Positions 24,920 through 33,165 of a stretch of DNA of 64,000 nt are shown here, in pieces. The notes beneath the pieces are model-generated. The model saw only the letters and a list, made by a program, of their open reading frames with translations, was not told the DNA's origin and searched no databases. The stretch is from Planctomycetota bacterium (GTDB lineage Bacteria; Planctomycetota; UBA1135; UBA2386), in NCBI GenBank assembly GCA_046290465.1, contig JBKAGP010000001.1:864001-928000 (forward strand), read 5' to 3'. Each line of letters starts with the position of its first letter. Within the stretch, counting starts at the first letter, position 1. The position numbers and the translations under genes were made by a program.

Positions 24920-27900
24920 ATGCGACGTCCCCTCCTTGCCATTGCGTCTTCCGGCCTGCTGGCGTTCGCGCCGACGGCCGACCTGTCCGCGCAGACCCGG
25001 CTGCTGCGCCACCCCGACATCCACGAAGACCAGATCGTGTTCACGTACGGCGGCGACCTGTGGCGCGCGTCGGTCGACGGCGGCACCGCCACCAGGCTGA
25101 CGGCGACGCCGGGCGTCGAACTGTTCGCCAAGTTCTCGCCCGACGGCCGCTGGATCGCGTTCACCGGTCAGGTCAACGGGGACGAGCAGGTCTGCGTGAT
25201 CCCGAGCGATGGCGGCGAGATCCGCCAGCTGACCTGGTACCCCGCGGACGGCCCGCTGCCGGCGCGCTGGGGCTACGACCACCAGGTCTACGGCTGGACC
25301 CCGGACGGCACCGCGGTGCTGTTCCGCAGCCTGCGGCAGGCGTGGACGCTGACCGGCGGCCGCCTCTACACCGTCGCGCTGCCGGCCGTGGCGCGGCGCC
25401 GCGGCGCGCTGCCGGTGCCGCTGCCGATGCCCGAGGCCGGCGCCGGCGAGTTCTCGCCCGACGGCGAACGCATCGTCTACGCGCCGCTGTTCCGCGACTT
25501 CCGCACCTGGAAGCGCTACCAGGGCGGCTGGGCGCAGGACCTGTTCGTGTTCGACCCGCAGACCAAGCGGGCGACCAACATCAGCAACCACGTGCGCACC
25601 GACCGCGACCCGATGTGGATCGGCGACCGGATCTGGTTCGCCAGCGACCGCAGCGGCACGCTCAACCTGTGGAGCTACGACTTCGCGTCGCGGACGGGCA
25701 ACCAGGAGACCGGCGGCACGACCTGGGACGTTCGCTGGCCGAGCGCCGGCGGCCCGCAGGACCGCCGCATCGTCTACGAGAAGGGCGGCCAGCTGTGCTG
25801 GCTCGACACCCGGACCCGCGAGGAGCACCGCATCGAGGTGCGCGTGCCCGACGACGGCATCTCGCAGCGGCGCCAGCTGGTCGACGCCAAAGACCAGATC
25901 GAGGGCTACGACCTGAGCCTGGGTGGCCGCCGCACCGCGTTCGCCGCGCGCGGCGAACTGCTGACCGTGCCCAAGGAGCACGGCGACGTGCGCAACCTCA
26001 GCAACACCCCCGGCGCGCACGAGAAGCACCCGTCGTTCTCGCCGGACGGCGCGACGCTGGCGTTCGTCAGCGACCGCAGCGGCGAGGAACAGATCTGGCT
26101 CGTCGACCACCTCGGCGAACGGCCGGCGCGGCAGCTGACCCGCGGCCTGCGCGCGATGCTCTACGAGCCCAACTGGTCGCCCGACGGCAAGCGGATCGCG
26201 TTCGGCGACAAGGACGGCGTGCTGCGCATCTGCGAGGTCGCGACCGGGACCCTGACCGAGGTCGCCGACGAGCCGCGCGGCCAGCTGCGCGACCACCGCT
26301 GGTCGCCGTGCTCGGGGCACCTGACGTTCTCGATGAGCGGCGCGACGCCGCTGCCGCAGGTCTACGTCTACACGCTCGCCGACCGGCAGCTGCGCTGCGT
26401 CTCGCGACCGCTCAGCAACGACAGCTCGCCGGTGTTCGGCCCGCGCGGCGAACGGCTGTTCTTCCGCGGCCTGCGCGGCTTCCAGCCGCGCCTGCCCGGC
26501 GCCTACGAGTGGGACTTCCAGATCGACCGCGGCTACGGCATCTACGCGCTGGCGCTGCGCAAGGACCTGCCGGCGCTGTTCGGCAAGCGCAGCGACGAGG
26601 CGGTGGCGGCCGACGAGCAGGACGAGCCGCCGAAGTTCGACGCCCCCATCGCGATCGACTTCGACGGCCTCGCCGACCGCGTCGAGCAGGTCCCGGTCGA
26701 ACTCGACAACTATTGGGGCCTGAGCGTCGCCGACGGCCACCTGATGTATGCCAGACGCGGCGGCTCGTACTACGGCCGCGGCAGCGACAAGCCGACGACC
26801 CTGCACGCCTACTCGCTGCGCGACCGCAAGGAGGCCGAGCTGGCGTCGGGCATCGGCGGCTACTCGCTGTCGCCCGACGGCAAGCACGTGCTGATCCAGA
26901 AGGGCGCGACGTTCGCGGTCACCAAGGCGTCGACCGCCGGCAAGGACGGCCAGCAGCAGCTCGACCTGTCGCAGCTGCGCACCACCAAGGTCGCGGCCGA
27001 CGAGTACTGGCAGATCTTCCACGAGGTCTGGCGGCGCTACCGAGACTTCTTCTACGTCGCCAACATGCACGGCCACGACTGGGTCGAGCTGCGCGAACAG
27101 TACGCGCCGCTGGTCGCCCACGTGCGCCACCGCAGCGACCTCAACCACCTGCTCGGCGAGATGATCGCCGAACTCAACGTCGGCCACGCCTACGTCGCCG
27201 GCGGCGACCTCGGCGCACCCGATCGGCCGCGCGTGGCGCTGCCGGGCGTCGTGCTCGAGTTCGACACCGCCGCCAGCCGCTACCGCGTCGCGCGCCTGCT
27301 GCGCGGCGAGAACGACAGCGAGGCCTACCGTTCGCCGGCGTCGGCGGTCGGCGTGCAGCTCAAGCAGGGCGACTACCTGCTGGCGATCGACGGCCACGAG
27401 CTGCAGCCGCAGGACAACCCCTACGAGCTGCTGCAGGGCAAGCTGTCGCGCACCGTGCACCTGACCGTGCACGGCCAGCCGTCGCTGCAGGACGCGCGCA
27501 CGGTCGCGATCGAACCGATCCGCAGCGAGTCCAACCTGCACTACCACGCGTGGGTCGAACGCAACCGCGCCCGCGTGCACGAGCTCAGCGAAGGCAGGCT
27601 CGGCTACGTGCACCTGCCCAACATGGGCGCCGACGGCATCCGCGAGTTCCTGCGCCAGTACTACCCGCAGCGCGACAAGCAGGGCCTGGTCATCGACGAC
27701 CGCTACAACGGCGGCGGCAACGTCAGCGAGATGGTCATCAACCGGCTGTCGCGCGAACTGATGATGTGCACGTTCGGCCGCACCACCGGCTACGACCCGT
27801 ACCCGAACTCGCTGTTCCACGGCCACCTGATCTGCCTGCTCAACCAGACGTCGGCCAGCGACGGCGACATCTTTCCGGCGATGTTCCGCCGCGCGAAGCT

Positions 27901-28201
27901 CGGCAAGCTGGTCGGCAAACGCAGCTGGGGCGGCATCATCGGCATCACCAACCGCGGCATGCTGATGGACGGCGGCACCGTCAACGTGCCGGAGTTCGGC
28001 AACACCGAGCCGGGCCCGGCGTGGACCATCGAGGGCTACGGCGTCGACCCCGACATCGAGGTCGACAACGACCTCGCGTCGCTGCTGCGCGGCGAGGACC
28101 CGCAGCTGCAGCGCGGCGTCGCAGAACTGCTGCAGCAGATCGCGGCCGATCCGCGCTCGCTGCCGAAGGCGCCCCCCGCACCCGTGAAGACCGGTCGATG
28201 A
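24920..28201 (+). CDS. Tricorn protease (S41 family; beta-propellers, PDZ, catalytic domain)
   Basis: LLRHPDI...IVFTYGGDLW; WKRYQGG; ELNVGHAY; GYVHLPNMG; DDRYNGGG; SASDGDIF; GKRSWGG; IEGYGVDPDIEV. Confidence 0.93.
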   Translation: MRRPLLAIASSGLLAFAPTADLSAQTRLLRHPDIHEDQIVFTYGGDLWRASVDGGTATRLTATPGVELFAKFSPDGRWIAFTGQVNGDEQVCVIPSDGGEIRQLTWYPADGPLPARWGYDHQVYGWTPDGTAVLFRSLRQAWTLTGGRLYTVALPAVARRRGALPVPLPMPEAGAGEFSPDGERIVYAPLFRDFRTWKRYQGGWAQDLFVFDPQTKRATNISNHVRTDRDPMWIGDRIWFASDRSGTLNLWSYDFASRTGNQETGGTTWDVRWPSAGGPQDRRIVYEKGGQLCWLDTRTREEHRIEVRVPDDGISQRRQLVDAKDQIEGYDLSLGGRRTAFAARGELLTVPKEHGDVRNLSNTPGAHEKHPSFSPDGATLAFVSDRSGEEQIWLVDHLGERPARQLTRGLRAMLYEPNWSPDGKRIAFGDKDGVLRICEVATGTLTEVADEPRGQLRDHRWSPCSGHLTFSMSGATPLPQVYVYTLADRQLRCVSRPLSNDSSPVFGPRGERLFFRGLRGFQPRLPGAYEWDFQIDRGYGIYALALRKDLPALFGKRSDEAVAADEQDEPPKFDAPIAIDFDGLADRVEQVPVELDNYWGLSVADGHLMYARRGGSYYGRGSDKPTTLHAYSLRDRKEAELASGIGGYSLSPDGKHVLIQKGATFAVTKASTAGKDGQQQLDLSQLRTTKVAADEYWQIFHEVWRRYRDFFYVANMHGHDWVELREQYAPLVAHVRHRSDLNHLLGEMIAELNVGHAYVAGGDLGAPDRPRVALPGVVLEFDTAASRYRVARLLRGENDSEAYRSPASAVGVQLKQGDYLLAIDGHELQPQDNPYELLQGKLSRTVHLTVHGQPSLQDARTVAIEPIRSESNLHYHAWVERNRARVHELSEGRLGYVHLPNMGADGIREFLRQYYPQRDKQGLVIDDRYNGGGNVSEMVINRLSRELMMCTFGRTTGYDPYPNSLFHGHLICLLNQTSASDGDIFPAMFRRAKLGKLVGKRSWGGIIGITNRGMLMDGGTVNVPEFGNTEPGPAWTIEGYGVDPDIEVDNDLASLLRGEDPQLQRGVAELLQQIAADPRSLPKAPPAPVKTGR

Positions 28202-29388
28202 GTCGCGGCCCTCGACAACCAGGTGGCGCACGCGGCCGCAAGCTGCCGGAGCTGCGGCTCAAGGTGCGCGCGCTCGGCCGGCATCCGTGGTTCTACCGCA
28301 AGATGATCCAGAAGCCGAAGGAGCCGCTGCCGGCGGGCTCCACGGTCAAGGTGCGCGACCGCGAGGGCCGCCTGGTCGGCACCGGCTTCTACAACCCGCG
28401 CGCCGAACTGGCGCTGCGCATGTTCTCGGACGGCGAGGTCAAGGATCCCCAAGGCCACTTCGTCGAGCAGCTCAACCAGGCGATCCTGCTGCGCGAGGAG
28501 GTCCTGCAGGTCACCCGCGTCACCGACTCCTACCGGCTGGTGCACGCCGAGGCCGACGGCTTCCCAGGCCTGGTCGTCGACAAGCTCGGCACCGCGATCG
28601 TCGCCCAGGTCGCCTCGCTCGGCATGCAGCAGCAGCTCGAGCCGCTCGGCGAGTCGCTGCTGCGGCACTATCCGAAGAGCCGGCTGGTGCTGCTGCAGGA
28701 CAAGGACTGGGCCGAGCGCGAAGGCATGGACAAGCTGCCGCGACCGAGCCCGGTGCACACGGTGGTTCGCGAGCACGGCATCCGCTACCAGGTGCAGGCC
28801 GGCACCGGCCACAAGACCGGCTTCTTCGCCGACCAGCGCGACAACCGGCTGACGGTGCGCATGCTGGCGCGCAACCGCGACGTGCTCGACCTCTGCTGCA
28901 ACAGCGGCGGCTTCGCGATGAACGCGGTCAAGGGCGGCGCCGTGCGGGTGCTGGCCGGCGACCTCGACGAGGCGATGGTGGCGCAGACCGAGGCCAACGC
29001 GAAGCAGAACAAGCTGTCGCTCGACTGCGTGCACGCCGACGCGTTCGACATGCTGCGCGAGGCCAAGCCGGGCCGGCACGATCTGATCGTGCTCGACCCG
29101 CCCAAGTGGGTCGCCAACAAGAACGAGATCGACCAGGGCCTGCAGCGCTACCAGGACCTCAACCGGCTCGGCTTCGAGAAGGTCGCGCGCGGCGGCATCG
29201 TCGTGACCTGCTCGTGCTCGGGCAGCGTCAGCGAAGAACGGTTCGTGCGCATGCTGCGCGAGGCGGCGGCCGCCGCGCGCCGCGACGTGCGCGTCACCGC
29301 GCTGCGCTCGGCCGGCGGCGACCACCCGTTCGCGCTCGAGTGCCCGGAGACCCGCTACCTCAAGGTCGCGTTCCTGCAGGTGCGCTGA
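28198..29388 (+). CDS. RlmI/RlmK-family class I SAM-dependent rRNA methyltransferase with PUA-like domain
   Basis: HPW; YRLVHAEADGFPGLVVD; GHKTGFFADQRDNR; VLDLCCNSGGF; DLIVLDPP; TCSCS; DHP...PETRYLK. Confidence 0.9.
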   Translation: MSRGPRQPGGARGRKLPELRLKVRALGRHPWFYRKMIQKPKEPLPAGSTVKVRDREGRLVGTGFYNPRAELALRMFSDGEVKDPQGHFVEQLNQAILLREEVLQVTRVTDSYRLVHAEADGFPGLVVDKLGTAIVAQVASLGMQQQLEPLGESLLRHYPKSRLVLLQDKDWAEREGMDKLPRPSPVHTVVREHGIRYQVQAGTGHKTGFFADQRDNRLTVRMLARNRDVLDLCCNSGGFAMNAVKGGAVRVLAGDLDEAMVAQTEANAKQNKLSLDCVHADAFDMLREAKPGRHDLIVLDPPKWVANKNEIDQGLQRYQDLNRLGFEKVARGGIVVTCSCSGSVSEERFVRMLREAAAAARRDVRVTALRSAGGDHPFALECPETRYLKVAFLQVR

Positions 29389-29576
29389 TGCACGTGTTCC
29401 GGATGTCGCTCGGCTGGCAGCTGTGCCTGTGCTCGATCCCGGTGCTCGGCTGCGCCGCGATGATGGTCGGGATCGCGCCGTCGCTGCTGTTCGACGAGGC
29501 TCCGTCCGAGCCCGAGCGGCTCGGGCCCGAGAGCCCCGCCCGGGCGACGCTGGCCGGGCTGCGCTTCGAGGACTGA
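29388..29576 (+). CDS. Putative small single-TM protein (62 aa)
   Basis: TGATG overlap with the methyltransferase stop; hydrophobic stretch LCLCSIPVLGCAAMMVGIAPSLLF. Confidence 0.35.
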   Translation: MHVFRMSLGWQLCLCSIPVLGCAAMMVGIAPSLLFDEAPSEPERLGPESPARATLAGLRFED

Positions 29577-29634
29577 CGGCGCGAATCGGCCGGCACCGGC
29601 CTCGACCCACCCCACGGGGAACCCAAGGACGCTG

Positions 29635-30105
29635 TTGCTGTGGCTCGTCGCGACGACGCCGCTCTCTGCGCAGGCGTGGATCACCGCGCCGGCCACGCCG
29701 ATGCCCGAACGCCACCTGGCCTCGGTCGCCTACGACCCGGCGGCGGCCCGCGCGGCCGTGTTCAGCGGCAACACGCTGCTGGCCGACACGTGGAGCCTGC
29801 AGGACGGCCAGTGGACCGACCTGACCGGCCCGATCGCACCGCCGCCGCGGTCGTCGGGGGCGATGGCCTACGACCCGGTGACCGGTGGCCTGCTGCTGTT
29901 CGGCGGCAGCGCCAGCGGCACCGATTCGCTGCTGCTCGGCGACACCTGGCTGCTGCTCGGCAACACCTGGCAGCCATTGTCGCCGAGCAACTCCCCGACC
30001 GCGCGCTGGGCCCACGCGATGGTCTACGACCAGGCGGCCGGCCGCGTCGTGCTGTACGGTGGACGCGACGTCAGCGGCCTCGGCGCGACCATTGGCTGGC
30101 AGTAG
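29635..30105 (+). pseudogene. Truncated secreted kelch-repeat protein (about 2.5 blades)
   Basis: PPPRSSGAMAYDPVTGGLLLFGG...GDTW; PTARWAHAMVYDQAAGRVVLYGG then early stop; only a TTG start. Confidence 0.55.
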
Positions 30106-30152
30106 CGGCTGCCAGTAGCGGCCCGCGGTCGCCCGCCGGCCGCCGCCCACGG

Positions 30153-31022
30153 TCACTGGAAGCGGTCGAGGAACCGTTCGAAGCCGATCTCGCGGCACAG
30201 CGGAGCGAGGTCGGGGGTGACGCCGCGCCACTGCAGGTCGTCGAGCGATTCCTGCAGCGGCACGTCGGTGCGCAGCGTCGCCAGCGTGCGATACAGTTCG
30301 GCCTCCGAGCGGTGTGCGCGCAGCACGTCGGCGAGGCCCTTGCGGCCGCGCACCTCGACCTGCCAGTCGTCGGCGTCGTCGGGGATCTGCTCGAGGTGGC
30401 CGTAGCCGACCAGCACGGCGGCGGTCGACTTGGCCCCCCACTTGGGCAGGCCCGGGATGCCGTCCTGCGCGTCGCCGACCAGCGCCAGGTAGTCCGGGAT
30501 CGACTCGGGCGGCACGCCGAACTTCTCGTAGACGGCGTCCTCGTCGTAGAGCTTCTGCTGCTTGCGGTCGTACTGCACGACCTTGCCGCCGACCATCTGG
30601 CCGAGGTCCTTGTCGGGCGTGCAGATGTAGACACGCTCGACCCGTTCGTCGGCGGCGAACCGCACCGCGCCCGCGGCGAGGCCGTCGTCGGCCTCGAACT
30701 CGACCATCGGCCAGACCACGCAGCCGAGCGCCTGGACCGCGCGCTCGGCCAGCGGAAACTGCGCCCACAGGTCCTCGTCCATGCCTTCGCCGGTCTTGTA
30801 GCCGTCGAACAGCTCGTTGCGGAACGACTCCACCACCGTGTCGAACGCGACCGCCACGTGCGACGTGAACTCGTCGCGCAGCAGCGCCCCCATGCTGGAC
30901 AGGAGGCCGCGCACGGCGCCGACCTCGCGGCCGTCGGGGGCCTGCGCCGGGGGCGCACCGAAGAAGCTGCGGAACAACTCGTAGGTGCCGTCGACCAGGT
31001 GCACGTTGACGCGCGCGGACAT
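30153..31022 (-). CDS. Stand-alone 5'-3' exonuclease / flap endonuclease (PolA N-terminal-like, H3TH)
   Basis: HLVDG; VAFD; FRNELFDGYK; FEADD; DKDLGQ; DYLALVGDAQDGIPGLPKWGAKS. Confidence 0.92.
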   Translation of the reverse strand: MSARVNVHLVDGTYELFRSFFGAPPAQAPDGREVGAVRGLLSSMGALLRDEFTSHVAVAFDTVVESFRNELFDGYKTGEGMDEDLWAQFPLAERAVQALGCVVWPMVEFEADDGLAAGAVRFAADERVERVYICTPDKDLGQMVGGKVVQYDRKQQKLYDEDAVYEKFGVPPESIPDYLALVGDAQDGIPGLPKWGAKSTAAVLVGYGHLEQIPDDADDWQVEVRGRKGLADVLRAHRSEAELYRTLATLRTDVPLQESLDDLQWRGVTPDLAPLCREIGFERFLDRFQ

Positions 31023-31028
31023 GCACGA

Positions 31029-31035
31029 CATCTTG
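31029..31035. promoter_or_regulatory. Putative bidirectional -10 element serving two divergent leaderless genes
   Basis: CATCTT (+) lies 8 nt before GTG 31043; CAAGAT (-) lies 7 nt before ATG 31022. Confidence 0.5.
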
Positions 31036-31042
31036 CCGCGGC

Positions 31043-31612
31043 GTGTTCGACGTCGACACACAACTTCGACAACGGCTGCGAGAAGTCGGCGGCTGGCAGC
31101 CGACCGAGCTGCGCCGCGCCGCCGTGCTGTGCCCGATCGTGGCGCGGGACGGGGTCGACCACCTGCTGTTCGGACTGCGGCCGCAAAGCCGCGACGCGCA
31201 CGCCGGCCAGATCGCGTTTCCGGGCGGCAAGGTCGAGGGCGACGAACGGCCGGTGGAGACCGCGCTGCGCGAGTGCCTCGAGGAGGTCGGCATGCCGCCC
31301 GAGAACGTCACCCCGCTCGGCGAACTGCCGCCGCGCACCAGCACGTCGCGCTTCTACGTGCACTGCGTGGTCGGGCGGGTGCGGCCGTTCGAGCTGCGGC
31401 TGGATCCACGCGAGGTCGATCGCGCCCTGTTCGTGCCGCTGCCGGACCTGCAGCGCGCCGACCGCTGGCGCGAACTGCCGCCGCCGGTGCCGACCCGCGT
31501 CGCGCAGCCGCGCACCAGCCCGCACTTCGTGTTCGGCGAGGATCGCATCTGGGGGCTGACCGGCCGGTTCGTGCGCGAACTGGTCGGCCTGCTCGGGGAG
31601 CTGCGGCCGTGA
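31043..31612 (+). CDS. NUDIX hydrolase, CoA pyrophosphatase-like
   Basis: RAAVL; HAGQIAFPGGKVEGDERPVETALRECLEEVG; IWGLTG. Confidence 0.9.
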   Translation: MFDVDTQLRQRLREVGGWQPTELRRAAVLCPIVARDGVDHLLFGLRPQSRDAHAGQIAFPGGKVEGDERPVETALRECLEEVGMPPENVTPLGELPPRTSTSRFYVHCVVGRVRPFELRLDPREVDRALFVPLPDLQRADRWRELPPPVPTRVAQPRTSPHFVFGEDRIWGLTGRFVRELVGLLGELRP

Positions 31613-33048
31613 TCCCGCGCCTGGTGGCCCTGCTGCTGCTGGCCGGGATCGTGGTGTGGGTGCTGCAGCGCCGCCGCTGTGCCGCCGCAGCGATGCGGCG
31701 TGCTGGTGGCGACGGCGACCTGTTCGACGAGCTGCAGCAGCACTTCGAGCAGGTCGAGCAGGCGCGCGAGCAGGCGAGCCACTGGAGCGATCGCGAGGTG
31801 CGGCTGGCGGTCGAGCAGTACCTGTTCAAGATCGCGCACAGCGACGACGACGGCGACCTCGGCCGGCAGATCGCGCAGCAGCCGCAGCTGGCGCGCAAGC
31901 ACGCGCTGGCGACGCTGCGCGACCCGGACATGCAGACCCGCCTGCAGAAGCGCGAACGCAGCGAGACGCCGTGGGTGCGCGCCTGCCGGCTGCTCGACGC
32001 AGCACCGACGAGAGAGGCGGTGCCGTTCGTGCGCGAGCTGCTCGACGACCGCGAGGAGCCGATCCGGCGGCAGGCGTGGCGGTGGCTCGCCCGCATCGGC
32101 AGCGACGACGTCGACGACGAGCTGGTGCGCGGCGTCACCGCGCCGCCGGACGCGTCGACGCGCGCGTGCATCGCGATCGGCCTGCGCGAGGCCGACGAGG
32201 ACGGGCGGCTCGGCCCACGGGTTCGCGAACGGCTGTTCGAGCCGTTGCTGGAGCACCTGGACGGCTACGACACCCGCGACGTTCCGGCGCTGCTGCTGCG
32301 CTGGGATCGCGAACGTGCGCTGGCCGGGTTCGCGCGGCGCGGCCTGCTGGAGGCCAGCCATCCGGAGTTCGGCTACGTCGTGCAGGCGATGGCGGCGGCC
32401 GGGCAGTCGCTGCCGCGCGAGCAGCTGCTGGCGCTGCTGCAGCAGGACCCCGGCGCGTTCGCGACGTCGACGTTCCGCGCGTTCGGCACGATGCTCGGCC
32501 GCCTGCGCGATCCGCAGGACGAGGCGACGCTGCTGCGGCACATGGGCGCCACCGACGAGCGCGCCGAGGCGGCGGCGGCCGGGATGCTCGCGCACAGCGG
32601 CATCGACGACTGGTTCGACCGGCTGCAGGCGCGGCGCGGCCGCTGGACCGAGACCGAACGGCGGCTCGACGCGATGCGGCGGGTCGAGGACGAGGTCTGC
32701 AGCGGTGGCTTCGTGCAGTACTTTGCGCTGGCGTCGGGCGACGGCTGGCGGGAGGCGGCGGCGGGGTTCGACGAGGTGCAGGATCCGCTGCGCGCCGACC
32801 TCGTGCGGCAGGCGGCGCAGCGGCTGTCGGGTCCGGCCGCGGGCAGCCGCGAGCAGCGACTGGCCCAGCTGGAGGCGCTCGGTGAGGACGAGCCGTTCGC
32901 CGACCTGGACGAGCGCTATACGGGCCCGCGCACCGACATCGACGTGGTGCTGACCCGCTACATGCTGGCCCACCTCACCGAACTACGGGCCGCGTGGGAT
33001 CGCCAGCGGCTCGACGACGGACCGCGCGGCGGCGGGCCGTTCGGCTAG
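31609..33048 (+). CDS. Membrane-anchored HEAT-repeat protein with C-terminal DUF4375/DMP19-like domain
   Basis: GTGA overlap; N-terminal TM; AVPFVRELLDDREEPIRRQA; EDEVCSGGFVQYF. Confidence 0.65.
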   Translation: MIPRLVALLLLAGIVVWVLQRRRCAAAAMRRAGGDGDLFDELQQHFEQVEQAREQASHWSDREVRLAVEQYLFKIAHSDDDGDLGRQIAQQPQLARKHALATLRDPDMQTRLQKRERSETPWVRACRLLDAAPTREAVPFVRELLDDREEPIRRQAWRWLARIGSDDVDDELVRGVTAPPDASTRACIAIGLREADEDGRLGPRVRERLFEPLLEHLDGYDTRDVPALLLRWDRERALAGFARRGLLEASHPEFGYVVQAMAAAGQSLPREQLLALLQQDPGAFATSTFRAFGTMLGRLRDPQDEATLLRHMGATDERAEAAAAGMLAHSGIDDWFDRLQARRGRWTETERRLDAMRRVEDEVCSGGFVQYFALASGDGWREAAAGFDEVQDPLRADLVRQAAQRLSGPAAGSREQRLAQLEALGEDEPFADLDERYTGPRTDIDVVLTRYMLAHLTELRAAWDRQRLDDGPRGGGPFG

Positions 33049-33165
33049 GGCGGCGCTCGGCCCGCGGGCTGCAACGTCAACCGAAGCCCGCCGGTCGCAC
33101 GCCCGCCGACGGCGCCGAGCCATTGGTCCGCAAGGTCTGGTCGCGGCACCAGACCTACCGAGCGG

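Noticed and set aside
33049..33165. Intrinsic terminator between convergent genes (GCGGGCT...AGCCCGC)
   Set aside because: Long loop and no U-tract; not distinguishable from chance in GC-rich DNA
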